From NCBI GenBank assembly GCA_964446835.1, contig CAYUQT010000053.1, positions 949 to 64,948 on the forward strand: a stretch of 64,000 nucleotides of DNA, written 5' to 3'. Of the stretch, positions 17,304 through 26,923 are shown piece by piece. The notes beneath the pieces are model-generated. The model ran no database searches. It saw only the letters and a list, made by a program, of their open reading frames with translations, and had not been told where the DNA came from. The stretch comes from an uncultured Planctomycetales bacterium. GTDB lineage: Bacteria > Planctomycetota > Phycisphaerae > UBA1845 > JAFGLZ01. Numbering within the stretch: position 1 is the first letter of the stretch; each line of letters opens with the position of its first letter. A program made the translations under genes and the position numbers.

Positions 17304-19121
17304 TTGGAGTACCGACGAGGTCGCATGGCCTCGGTTCGCGAGAGCATCGCCATGAGTACACGCCCTTCCGATCAGAACACAGGGCACGTGCAGAGCCGGC
17401 TGACGCGGTGGGTGGCCGCTCAGACGGTTATCCTTCTGTTGTTTGCACCGTATCTGGCGAATCTCTGCGACGATTTCGCCCGCTTCTCCCGCCTCTGGAC
17501 CTTGCGCGATGCCCTCGTGTTGATGATGTGCATGGTTGGCATCGCTGTGGTGAGCGTTCTGGTCGACGAAGGGCTCGTGCGTCTGAATCGCCCCGGCCTG
17601 GTTCGCCTCTATCGACATCTCTTCGTGCTCGCGCTGGGCGGCGGACTGCTCGCCAATCTGTGCTTCTACACGGCCCGGCCCGTCGGCTATCGGATTGATC
17701 GTCTGGGGCCCGAGGCGGCCACCGCCTGGCTGATCCTGTTCGCCCTCGTGGGCTACTCCCTGAGCCGTCCGCACGGGTGGCTTCTGCCGGCCGCCCGGCG
17801 ATTGGCGTTGATCGTCTCGCCGGCGTGCTTGTTCGTGGCGATCCGGCTGTTGAGCCTGAATGGCTATCCGTCGCCGTCGGACCGGTTCCACACGCCGCCG
17901 GACATTCAACCAACGAAACCTGTGGATTCGTCGATCGAGCAGTTGTCGGCGGTGGCCACACGACCGGCCAGGCCGGTCTATGCGAGCGCATCGACGAAGT
18001 CGGTCCCCGTCTCGTCATCGATCCCGATCTACTGCTTCATCTTTGACGAATGGTCGTACCCTCGAACCTTTCGAGACGGACAGATTCGTCCCGAGTTCGC
18101 CCATCTGTCGAGACTGGCACGAGAGTCCCTGGTCTTCCACGATGCACATTCGCCGTGGGGCGCCACGGAACGGTCGATGCCCAACTTCCTCTTCCAGACC
18201 AGTCTCTCGGTGCACCGCGAAGGAGGGCGGGTTGGCTTCGTCACCCAGGGCCGGTCCGCCGATTCGCAGCAACAGAACTCCCTGTTCCGCCTCTTCGACG
18301 GCCGTGGCTATCGCACGATGATGGTGGGGTTCTTCCTGCCCTACAAACTCTGGCTCACCGGTCAGGTGGACGTCTGCCGCACCTACTGCTGGCTGCCGAT
18401 GGGCGAAGGAGTCGTGGGGCGTGCCGGCATGCACCTCCTGAACGCGATGAACCACTGGACCGACCCCTGGTCGCGGTTCGTCTTCGAGAAGGAGATCTCC
18501 GCACGGCGATGGGATCATGCCGTTGGCGTCCATCAGCATCTCTGGTCGGATGTCCGTCACGTCCTTCAGGCAGAGCCCTGCAACACGCTGGCCGTCTTTC
18601 ACTATCCGCTGCCTCACACACCCAACATCTTCGCACCCGACGGAACGCTCCTGTCGCCACGAGCGACCGGATGGTCGATGAATGACGCCGTGGGATACGA
18701 GCGGAACCTCCTGTTCCTCGACCACCGGATAGGAGAGCTGGTGCGGATCCTTGAAGACGCAGGCCGATACGACGACGCGCTGCTCATACTGACTTCGGAC
18801 CATTCCTGGCGGTACGATCCGGCCCGGGCCCCCGAGTCGGGCGAGGGAGCATACACCCACGTACCGCTGCTGATCAAGCTGCCGAAGCAGAAGGCCCGAG
18901 GACCGATCTCCGTGCGAATGGACACGTGCCATCTCGGCCTGCTCATTCGATGCATCCTCGACAACAATTCCGATCCGGCGGAACTCGTACAGCGGCTGGA
19001 ATCGGGAACAACGATTGCCGACCGCCTGGTACCGGCAAGGACGCACGGTGCCGGTCGGGGAAACGCCGATCCCTGTGAGCGCCCGCTGAACAGAGTCGTC
19101 CGATGTGACGATGGGAGTTGA
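17304..19121 (+). CDS. Polytopic membrane protein with C-terminal sulfatase-like (alkaline phosphatase superfamily, LtaS/EptA-like) domain
   Basis: 605 aa. About 5 N-terminal TM segments, then IFDEWS, AHSPWGATERSMP, HYPLPHTP and LILTSDHS motifs. The start is uncertain (ATG 17304, 17325 or 17352). Confidence 0.7.
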   Translation: MEYRRGRMASVRESIAMSTRPSDQNTGHVQSRLTRWVAAQTVILLLFAPYLANLCDDFARFSRLWTLRDALVLMMCMVGIAVVSVLVDEGLVRLNRPGLVRLYRHLFVLALGGGLLANLCFYTARPVGYRIDRLGPEAATAWLILFALVGYSLSRPHGWLLPAARRLALIVSPACLFVAIRLLSLNGYPSPSDRFHTPPDIQPTKPVDSSIEQLSAVATRPARPVYASASTKSVPVSSSIPIYCFIFDEWSYPRTFRDGQIRPEFAHLSRLARESLVFHDAHSPWGATERSMPNFLFQTSLSVHREGGRVGFVTQGRSADSQQQNSLFRLFDGRGYRTMMVGFFLPYKLWLTGQVDVCRTYCWLPMGEGVVGRAGMHLLNAMNHWTDPWSRFVFEKEISARRWDHAVGVHQHLWSDVRHVLQAEPCNTLAVFHYPLPHTPNIFAPDGTLLSPRATGWSMNDAVGYERNLLFLDHRIGELVRILEDAGRYDDALLILTSDHSWRYDPARAPESGEGAYTHVPLLIKLPKQKARGPISVRMDTCHLGLLIRCILDNNSDPAELVQRLESGTTIADRLVPARTHGAGRGNADPCERPLNRVVRCDDGS

Positions 19122-19125
19122 CGTG

Positions 19126-19293
19126 ATGCACGGAACGATTTTGGGATATGTCGATCCAACCGCAGGAAGCATCCTGTTGCAGCTTGTTCTTGGAACGCTG
19201 GTCGGCGTGGTCCTCTATCTGCGGAATGGAATCGCCCGCGTGTTTCGGCGGAGCAAGCACTCGGAGAAGCCGGCGTACTCGGATAACGCCTGA
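19126..19293 (+). CDS. Small single-TM hypothetical protein (55 aa)
   Basis: ATG 19126 with GGGAG 8 nt upstream, 5 nt after the upstream stop. MHGTILGYVDPTAGSILLQLVLGTLVGVVLYL then a basic tail. Confidence 0.45.
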   Translation: MHGTILGYVDPTAGSILLQLVLGTLVGVVLYLRNGIARVFRRSKHSEKPAYSDNA

Positions 19294-19312
19294 ACGATAG
19301 AGCGACGAACGG

Positions 19313-20752
19313 GTGGAGACCGTATTCATGACGATGGTGGCCGAACAACCGATCCGGCAGGCCGCGTCCTTTCGCGATCCCGGCGGGTTCGTCTTCGAAC
19401 TCGACGGGCGGGTGTTCCGCGCGATCGGGGGGCCCTGTCTGGACAGCATCCAGTCGCTGCACACCAGCGGGCTGCTTCGGCAACTCATCGATGATGGGCT
19501 GGTTGTCCCGTCGGAACAGGTCGACGATCCCGAGATGCTGCACGTCCTGCACGAAACCTATCCACAGGCCGCCGGGTTCCTGGAGCATCGGCGGATCGAG
19601 ACGATCACGTATCCCTACGAGTGGTCGGTCTCCATGCTCGTCGACGCCGGCATCCTGACGCTCGACCTTCAGATGCGCCTGCTGGAGCACGGACTCTCGC
19701 TCAAGGACGCCACCGCCTACAACATCCAATTCGACAACGGCCGGCCGGTCTTCATCGACCTGCCCTCGATCGAGCGCCCCCCGCGGCTCGACGTCTGGAT
19801 CGCCCTGGGCCAGTTCAATCGCATGTTCACCGTGCCGCTCCTGCTCAACGAGCGAAAAGGGCAGTCGCTGCGATCGTATTTTCTGGCGGACCTCGACGGC
19901 CGCAATCTTAGCGACGTGCGGCGGGCCTTCGGGCGGCTCGAGATGCTCAGCCCGGCCCTGCTGCTCGATGTGAGCGTCCCCTATTGGCTCGAACGATGGT
20001 CGGGCAGCCGGACCCACACGGCCCCCCGGCGGATTCAACCCGCGTCGACCCGTCCCGAGGCGCAGCTCTTCAACCTCCGCAGGCTTCGTCACAAGCTCCA
20101 GGGCTTCGCGGTGCGATACCGTCCCCAGGGGCATTGGGCGCGCTATACCGACAATTGCAGCTACAGCCAGACGTCGCAGCAATCGAAGATGGAGGCCGTC
20201 CGCCGATTCCTCGACGATCGGATGCCCGAGACCGTGCTGGACATCGGTTCCAACACAGGCCGATACGCAGCCCTGGCGGCCGGATGCGGCGCAAAGGTGA
20301 TCGCTATCGACAGCGATCCGGACAGCATCGAACTGCTCTATCGGCGGGTCAAGCAGGGCGCCCCGTCGATACTGCCGATGTGCGTGGACATCGCCAATCC
20401 CAGTCCGGGCATCGGATATCGCAATCGCGAGCGGGCGGGCTTCCTGGATCGCGTGCAGGCCGACGGTGTGCTGGCCCTGGCGCTCATCCATCACCTCCAC
20501 GTGACGTGCAATCTGCCCCTCGAACACATTCGAGACCTCCTGGCCGATCTGACGCGCCGGTACCTCGTCCTGGAGTTCGTGCCCCCTGCCGACGCGATGT
20601 TCCAGGAACTGACCGAGTTCCGCACCGACCTCTTCGAGGACTTCACGCTCGAACGATGCCTGGAGGTGTTCGGCGGTCGCTTCCGACTGATCGGGCGCGA
20701 ACCCATCACCGACTGCCTCCGAACCCTTCTGTTTTTCGAGAAGACACGATAG
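19313..20752 (+). CDS. Class I SAM-dependent methyltransferase with large N-terminal domain
   Basis: 479 aa with SAM motif I VLDIGSNTGRYAALAA and acidic loop AIDSD. The N-terminal region SFRDPGGFVF...YPYEWS is seen in polysaccharide-associated methyltransferases. The start may be ATG 19328. Confidence 0.8.
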   Translation: METVFMTMVAEQPIRQAASFRDPGGFVFELDGRVFRAIGGPCLDSIQSLHTSGLLRQLIDDGLVVPSEQVDDPEMLHVLHETYPQAAGFLEHRRIETITYPYEWSVSMLVDAGILTLDLQMRLLEHGLSLKDATAYNIQFDNGRPVFIDLPSIERPPRLDVWIALGQFNRMFTVPLLLNERKGQSLRSYFLADLDGRNLSDVRRAFGRLEMLSPALLLDVSVPYWLERWSGSRTHTAPRRIQPASTRPEAQLFNLRRLRHKLQGFAVRYRPQGHWARYTDNCSYSQTSQQSKMEAVRRFLDDRMPETVLDIGSNTGRYAALAAGCGAKVIAIDSDPDSIELLYRRVKQGAPSILPMCVDIANPSPGIGYRNRERAGFLDRVQADGVLALALIHHLHVTCNLPLEHIRDLLADLTRRYLVLEFVPPADAMFQELTEFRTDLFEDFTLERCLEVFGGRFRLIGREPITDCLRTLLFFEKTR

Positions 20753-20892
20753 CGGCCGGCACCAACAGCAAAGCCCCGACCGTCTCGATCATCGGATCCC
20801 GCCCCAAGCGGGCCCAAAGACCCAAGACGACATGAGGGGGGTGTTGCTATCTCGACCCTCCAGACGGGGGGATGGGCGTGTGAGAAGTTGCG

Positions 20893-22455
20893 CTAGGCCC
20901 TGCACCGTATTGCCCACAGCAATCCGAGGGCGGCCAGGACGAGCATCAACGGCGGGGCGGTGCCGCTGCCGCACTTCCAGACGACATCGGCACGCCTGTC
21001 GGTGTCCATGAGGACCACGGTGGTTCTGTTGGCATCCTCCGACGCGTGGTTCACATCGTCGGGGTAGTTCGGATCATAGAGTCTCCAGTACTGGAATCCT
21101 TTGCCCTCGAACGGTGTGGCCGTCAGCATGACGGGTGTGCCGGCCGGGTAGATAAAAGGCGGCAGTCTCGGATCGTTCGGGTCGATGGCGACGGAGCCCT
21201 GGATACCGTTGATGATCCCCAACTCCAGCGTGTAGTACTGAGGCGGCTTGGGGTACTCGTCGGCCCCCATGTCCACACGGAGGCCCATGACACGGGGCTT
21301 GCCGTCGAGATCGGTCTGGCCGGTGTAGGTTCGGTTGGGGTCCCCGGTGTCGGTACAGGGAGAGTCAGACGTCAGGTGGTTATCGTTGTCGTATGGGATG
21401 TTCGGATCGCCGTCGGGTCCGTTGGGGTCCCGAAACAGGGGATCGCTGTCGAGGTTGCCCGTGCCCCAGTTCAGAGTGACCTGGAAGCCCTTGAAGACGC
21501 CGGCCTGACCACCCTGAATGTCACAGTACGATACCGTGGTGATCGCCCCGTAGGCGGGCGCACCGCCATCGCTTCCCAGAGAAAGCTGCGCTCCGCCCTT
21601 GAAGGCCGCGTTGTTCCAGAGAATGCAGTTCGTCAGTTCGATATACGAGTGCCACCCCCCGAAGCAGGAGACACCTCCGCCGAAGGTCCCGGCAGAGTTG
21701 TTGACGATCGTGCAATTGATCAGGGTGCTGAGGGACGTCTCGCCGCCGATGGCGATGGCCCCGCCACCCCATCCGTCCACCTTGCCGAAGACGCTCCACC
21801 AGTACCCGTCGGCATGGTTTCCGCTCAGCAGGCAGTTTCGGATGACGGCGTCCGGACCGAGTGCGCAGATCCCGCCGCCCAGAATCGCAGAGTTGCCGTG
21901 GAATCTGCATGCGGTGATGGTGGGACCTCCCCCGCCGAGATCAGAATATACCCCGATTCCCCCGCCCATGACGGCCCGATTGTTCAGAAAGACACAGTGC
22001 GTGATCGTCGGTTTGGTGTACGTGCAGTAAACGGCCCCGCCAAATGTATCGTTGGGGTCACTGGACGAGCCGGACATGTCTCCGGGCAGGTAGCCGTTCA
22101 TGATGGTTAGGCCCGACAGAACCGCGTTGGGCCCTTCGCTCCGTTTCAGGATGAAGCCGCGGTGGGGATCGGCCTCGGTGCCCTGACAATCGATAACGGT
22201 GGCCTCAACGATGTTCGGATCGTTGGGGGCGATGCCATGGATCGCAATGTTTTTGCCCATGAAGTCGATGTCTCGATTGCCGGCTCCGGTGTAGGTCCCC
22301 GGCTCGACGATGATTTCATCGCCGGCCACAGAGGCGTCGACGGCGGACTGGATGGTCGAGTAGTCCGTGGGCACGCGTCGGACTTCCGCAGTCACTTGCG
22401 ACGTGATGAACGCCAGTGAAATCGACGACAGGATGCAAATAGCTCGTCGTTTCAT
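20893..22455 (-). CDS. Secreted right-handed parallel beta-helix repeat protein with C-terminal TM/Arg tail
   Basis: 520 aa with a signal peptide. Repeated G-G-G/NC-x-hydrophobic beta-helix turns. DPLF...SPCTDTGD...DLDGKPR...DMGADEY block. C-terminus GSGTAPPLMLVLAALGLLWAIRCRA. Confidence 0.8.
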   Translation of the reverse strand: MKRRAICILSSISLAFITSQVTAEVRRVPTDYSTIQSAVDASVAGDEIIVEPGTYTGAGNRDIDFMGKNIAIHGIAPNDPNIVEATVIDCQGTEADPHRGFILKRSEGPNAVLSGLTIMNGYLPGDMSGSSSDPNDTFGGAVYCTYTKPTITHCVFLNNRAVMGGGIGVYSDLGGGGPTITACRFHGNSAILGGGICALGPDAVIRNCLLSGNHADGYWWSVFGKVDGWGGGAIAIGGETSLSTLINCTIVNNSAGTFGGGVSCFGGWHSYIELTNCILWNNAAFKGGAQLSLGSDGGAPAYGAITTVSYCDIQGGQAGVFKGFQVTLNWGTGNLDSDPLFRDPNGPDGDPNIPYDNDNHLTSDSPCTDTGDPNRTYTGQTDLDGKPRVMGLRVDMGADEYPKPPQYYTLELGIINGIQGSVAIDPNDPRLPPFIYPAGTPVMLTATPFEGKGFQYWRLYDPNYPDDVNHASEDANRTTVVLMDTDRRADVVWKCGSGTAPPLMLVLAALGLLWAIRCRA

Positions 22456-22637
22456 GGGTTTCCTCCTGCGGCCTCGGGCTTAGGTTCTGCTGCCGCTCAA
22501 GGCGAGCGATTGAGATGCATGAAAAGAACGGGGAAGGACGTCCTGGCGGAGGGGGCTCGCCCATGCCCTCCAACCCAATAGTATACACAGTTGCCATGTC
22601 CGCAGGCCAATGGGCTGAGGTGTTCCCCCCGGCCTCG

Positions 22638-25600
22638 TCAGTTTCGATGCAGAGCAGGCAGAAGGGGAGAACGCAGCGATAAGGTCATGGCGGCCCAAGC
22701 CGAGCCGATGCCGACGACGCCCATGGCGCCGAGGGTCAGGGCGAGTGAGAGCCACGGCACCGATTCCGGCTGGGCGCGGAGGTGAGGGGCGGCGGCCAGG
22801 ATGGCCGAGGACCCGCCGACGGCAATGCCCAACAGCAGGAGCGCGGCATGTTCGCTGAGGACGATCCATTTCAGGGCGCGTCGTCCAAAGCCGAGGGCCT
22901 GTAGCACGGCCAGCTCGGTCCGGCGCTCAAAGACGCCTCGGACCAGGACCGCTGCCAGCGCCAAGGTGCCCAGGACCATGCCCAGCCCCCCGAGGGTCGC
23001 GAACACCGAGAGGTAGGTGTTTTCGACGGCCATGTAGCGGCCGAGCCGTTCGGTGGCCGGGACCAGGATCATCCCGTAGTCGCTCAAGGCCGATTCCAGG
23101 GTCTTTCGCAGCTCGGCGGCGCCGTCGCCCCTCGCCTCGATCAGGAAGAAGCTGCGGCCGACCACCGATGGGAAGAGTTGGAGGAACCTCGATTCGGCAA
23201 TGATCATTTCGCCCTGCAAGGCGCTGCCGCTGAGCATCGCGATGATCCGCAGTCGGACGGTCTGCCCGAGGTCGTCGGTTATCGAGAGGTCCTGGCCGAG
23301 GCCCAGGTGCAGGAGCCACCGGACCGTGCTCTCGTCGCCGATGGTGGGGATCGCTCCGTCGACGTAAACATGGTTCAGAAGGAGCCAGGGATTGGCCTGC
23401 TGCTGTCTGGTTTGCGCCTGGCTGGAGGCAAACAGGAACCCTCCGCGTAGAATCATCGCGTCGGGTGCACCCAGGATTCGCGGGCGGTTCGGGGGGTAGA
23501 GGTTCAGGCAACTCGCGTCGTCGCCGGCACGGAGGCGGAAGGGGTAGATCACCGTTTCTTTGCTGGCGCGCGAGGAAAGCGGAGGCAGGTTCAGGGCCTT
23601 GCGTCCCTCGTCGAACGACAGGTTGTGCAGGATGGGCACGGTCGACTCGGCCACGAAGGTGAATCCGCCCGTGCCCGACTGGCGTCCGCCGTCGACATCG
23701 GGACGGCGGCGATGCACGGCCGTGACGATCAGGATGAAGCAGGCGCAGGCGATCAGGGCGACGGTGGTGAGGCTGCGGCGGGGGTTCCGCCCGATATTGC
23801 GGAGGGCCAGCCGGGTGAGGCTTGCCAGGGGCGATCGGCGATTGGGCGATCGGCTGACCTGGTGCATCAGGTCGGCCAGTGCGGTGAGGGCAGCGATCAG
23901 GACGGAGACGCCGATCCCGAAGAACGCCGGGACAGGGACACGCACGGCAACGACGAAGAGGGCGATTGCGGCGACGATCGACAGGATGAGAATCGCCCGG
24001 CGGACCTTTGCGGACCGCGTGGAAGCCTCGCCGGTCGTGTCGGGCGTCGCGCCTGTCAACAAGGCCGTTGGGGTCAGGCGGGTCATGCCTCGAAGGGCCC
24101 ATGCGATGGAGGCCAGCCCGACAAATGCACTGGCGCCGGCTCCGATGAGGAACGTCGTCGGTGAGAAGTGGGTTCTCAGAATCGGGGGGGTGGCTGCTGC
24201 GGACCACCAGGTTTGAAGCCCTGCCAGCATGAGGGAGGCATAGCCGCCGGCCCCCAGAAGACCGATCGCCGCGCCGAGGATCGCCAGAATCGCGCCCTCG
24301 ACGAAGAGGTGCCAGGCCACGCGTCGAGGGGTGAGCCCGACCGCCAGGAGGATTCCGATCTGGCGCCCGCGTTGTTCGACGCTGAGCCGAAAGAGCAGGG
24401 CGACCAGCAGGGCCGCCGCGGCGATCAGGAAGAAGCTGAATCCCACGAAGAGGCCGGAGAAGTCCGTATTGCCTCCGGCGGCCTCGATGGCCTGTTTGCG
24501 GATCGGCTCGAAGGTCAGCCCGAACCGGTCGGGGGGCATCCGCGACAGGAGGTCTCGCTCGAATCGGGCGGCGGCGGCGGCCACATCGGTCCCGGCGGCC
24601 AGCACCCGGCGCAAGGAGGTGAGGCGGCCGAATCGTTCATGAGACTGCGTCCACAGTAACTGTCCCATGCCGAGGGCGATGAACGCCTTCGGGGCCGGAC
24701 CGTAGCGTTTCCAGTAGTCCTCATCCTTCGGGCGAATCTGCTTCATGTCGATGGGGAAGGGAGGATCCCAGTCGGACATGCTTTGGGCGTTGGTGACGCC
24801 TTCGTACTCGGGCGCCCATCCGCGATCGGCAGCGGCCTCATCGAGCTTCACAATGCCCCTAACGCGGAACTCCCGCGTCTGCGAGCGGATCTCGCCGAAC
24901 GAGCTGACGACTCGGTAGGTCATGCGGATGGTCCGGCCGGGAGCGATTCCGAGATCCTGAGCGGCCCATTCGTTGAGCAGGATTTCATCTTCGGCGAGTT
25001 TCGGGACAACGGAGCCATCGACCAGCCGCAGGGGCATTCGGGCCGAGTCCGATGCGTCGATGGCGGCGACCGTGGCATAGGGGATCGACGGCGCCGGCGG
25101 AGAGGACGGCGGGGGATCGAGCGAGAGGCTGTCGGCCAGATAGGTCAGGACGCCCGCCAAGGGCGGAGCCGGGGCGCCTGTGCAGGCACGTCCGATCGCG
25201 GGATCGATCAGGATGCTCTCGCTCTCGATGGCGAGGTAGCCTCTCTCGGCGTCGCGTCGGAGGCGAAGGCCGATGTCGTCGAGCGTGAGTCGGTCTCTGA
25301 GGCGTTGCTGCAAGGGTTTCGAGGGCTTGGCGCTGTCGCTTCCGGAACCGGCGGACAGCATGGCATTGCACCGTCCGGGGCGTTTGAGGGCCCGCTGGAG
25401 GACGGCGAGTGGGACATAGGCATTCAGGGGGGGTGCCGACGAGGGGCGCAGGGCGAATCGACCCAGGTCTTCGGCGGGGATGATGCGATCGACGGTCAGG
25501 CGGATGGAGACGACGTTCCGATCGCGCCGTCCGAAGAGCAGCTCGCCCCAGATCGCGTCGGCTCGCGGGATCCTCAGCAGGAGGTCGTCGCCGAGGCGAA

Positions 25601-26120
25601 CGCTTAGCGCCTTGGCCAGCGGTTCGTTGAGTGTGATGCGACGCGTAGTCGATGGGACCGTGGAGGCGGATGGCGGTGTGGACCTTGCGGAGTCCGGGGT
25701 GGCTCGGAGTCGCCAGAATCGCTCGTCGACGCCTAAGACCTCGGCGCGACCGACCCTTGCAGAACCGTCGGCTCGTTCGAGGGCGCCGCGGGTCAGAATA
25801 ATCGGCGCGAGGAGCTCAGCGGAGGAGGTCTTTGGTGTGTCTCCCGCGTCGCCGCCGGCCAGCGCCTCGCGGAAGAATCTGGGGCAGACCAACGCATGGT
25901 CGATGCGTCCCAGCCCGCCCAGGGCGAACTCGCGGAGACTGCCTCGCATCGAATCGCCGACGATCAGGGCGCCGGTCAGAACGGCCGAGCACACGCCGAC
26001 GGCCAGGACGGTACAGAGATGCGGCCAGCGATACCAAAGGAGGTCACGAACAAGAAGCGTCGACGATCGCACACGCGCACCCGGATTCCTGCCCACTCCG
26101 ACGGTCCGCGATTCTACCAT
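22638..26120 (-). CDS. Large ABC-type permease with two FtsX/MacB-like domains (no adjacent ATPase)
   Basis: 1160 aa. Two blocks of 4 TM helices, each preceded by a large extracytoplasmic domain. Typical ...GDSMRGSL... N-terminal motif. Confidence 0.8.
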   Translation of the reverse strand: MVESRTVGVGRNPGARVRSSTLLVRDLLWYRWPHLCTVLAVGVCSAVLTGALIVGDSMRGSLREFALGGLGRIDHALVCPRFFREALAGGDAGDTPKTSSAELLAPIILTRGALERADGSARVGRAEVLGVDERFWRLRATPDSARSTPPSASTVPSTTRRITLNEPLAKALSVRLGDDLLLRIPRADAIWGELLFGRRDRNVVSIRLTVDRIIPAEDLGRFALRPSSAPPLNAYVPLAVLQRALKRPGRCNAMLSAGSGSDSAKPSKPLQQRLRDRLTLDDIGLRLRRDAERGYLAIESESILIDPAIGRACTGAPAPPLAGVLTYLADSLSLDPPPSSPPAPSIPYATVAAIDASDSARMPLRLVDGSVVPKLAEDEILLNEWAAQDLGIAPGRTIRMTYRVVSSFGEIRSQTREFRVRGIVKLDEAAADRGWAPEYEGVTNAQSMSDWDPPFPIDMKQIRPKDEDYWKRYGPAPKAFIALGMGQLLWTQSHERFGRLTSLRRVLAAGTDVAAAAARFERDLLSRMPPDRFGLTFEPIRKQAIEAAGGNTDFSGLFVGFSFFLIAAAALLVALLFRLSVEQRGRQIGILLAVGLTPRRVAWHLFVEGAILAILGAAIGLLGAGGYASLMLAGLQTWWSAAATPPILRTHFSPTTFLIGAGASAFVGLASIAWALRGMTRLTPTALLTGATPDTTGEASTRSAKVRRAILILSIVAAIALFVVAVRVPVPAFFGIGVSVLIAALTALADLMHQVSRSPNRRSPLASLTRLALRNIGRNPRRSLTTVALIACACFILIVTAVHRRRPDVDGGRQSGTGGFTFVAESTVPILHNLSFDEGRKALNLPPLSSRASKETVIYPFRLRAGDDASCLNLYPPNRPRILGAPDAMILRGGFLFASSQAQTRQQQANPWLLLNHVYVDGAIPTIGDESTVRWLLHLGLGQDLSITDDLGQTVRLRIIAMLSGSALQGEMIIAESRFLQLFPSVVGRSFFLIEARGDGAAELRKTLESALSDYGMILVPATERLGRYMAVENTYLSVFATLGGLGMVLGTLALAAVLVRGVFERRTELAVLQALGFGRRALKWIVLSEHAALLLLGIAVGGSSAILAAAPHLRAQPESVPWLSLALTLGAMGVVGIGSAWAAMTLSLRSPLLPALHRN

Positions 26121-26233
26121 GTCGGCGGATGCTTAGAACGGCCGACACGGGCAGGGAACTACCTCATACGGCAGAGACCTCCAAGACTCCACCGCCACGC
26201 CGGCGATCGGAGCGATCCAACGCCCGAGGCGTG

Positions 26234-26923
26234 CTACTTCTTTTCGTCCTCTTGCGAGGCGACCGCGGTGGCCTTGGCATCCTTCTTTGCGGTCTTGGTG
26301 TCCTTGTCTGCGGTCTTGGTCTTGCTGCTGCGGGCCTTGGTTTTGGTCTTGTTCTTGGTCTTGGCATCGGCGACTGCCGAGTGCTTACCCTTGGTCGCGG
26401 TGCCCTTCTTGGCAGTGGCCTTGTGGGCAGCGCTCTTGCTCGACGCCTTGCCCTTGGTGTTGTGGGCTACAGCCGACTTGGACGACTTCTTGGAGGTCTT
26501 TCCGGCCGTGCGCGTGGCCTTGTGGCTCGCCGAGGATTTGCCGTGCTTGGTCTTGGCCGTATGCGCCTTTGCGGACGAACTCTTGGCAGTATGGGTCTTG
26601 GCGGCCGAGGCGGCTACCTTCGCGCCCTTGGGAGCCTCGGCGGAGATCGGCGGAAGGTCGGACGGCGGAACGTCAACCGGCGCCGCATTGGGCTTCTCGA
26701 CCAGGACAGACTTATCGGGGATGACGATGGGAGAACCGACGGGCTTGGCATCCAGCGGCGGAACGATCGGCGCCGCCTTCGGCGACGACAGGTCACCGGT
26801 CAGGGGCGCCGGAGCGGGGCTGTTCGCCTTGGTTGTGTTGAAGGTGTCCGTACCTTGCACCTTCGCCTGGCAAGCCCCACACGTCAACAGCATCAATCCA
26901 CAAATGGCAACACATCGTTTCAT
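26234..26923 (-). CDS. Secreted low-complexity protein: signal peptide, Pro-rich linker, Lys/His/Thr/Ser/Ala-rich basic tail
   Basis: 229 aa. MKRCVAICGLMLLTCGACQA signal. PAPAPL...PPSDLPP linker. Tail such as AKTHTAKSSSAKAHTAKTKHGKSS...KTKNKTKTKARSSKTK. Confidence 0.7.
   Translation of the reverse strand: MKRCVAICGLMLLTCGACQAKVQGTDTFNTTKANSPAPAPLTGDLSSPKAAPIVPPLDAKPVGSPIVIPDKSVLVEKPNAAPVDVPPSDLPPISAEAPKGAKVAASAAKTHTAKSSSAKAHTAKTKHGKSSASHKATRTAGKTSKKSSKSAVAHNTKGKASSKSAAHKATAKKGTATKGKHSAVADAKTKNKTKTKARSSKTKTADKDTKTAKKDAKATAVASQEDEKK

Noticed and set aside
18614-20527. 637-aa minus-strand ORF
   Set aside because: It is antisense to the sulfatase-like and SAM-methyltransferase genes, both of which have clear family motifs.
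17304-20752. The alkaline-phosphatase-fold protein plus methyltransferase as a BREX-like (PglZ/PglX) defence fragment
   Set aside because: The sizes and architectures do not fit, given the membrane-anchored LtaS-like topology and a small class I methyltransferase. No other BREX components (ATPase, Lon-like protease, PglX-size enzyme) are present.
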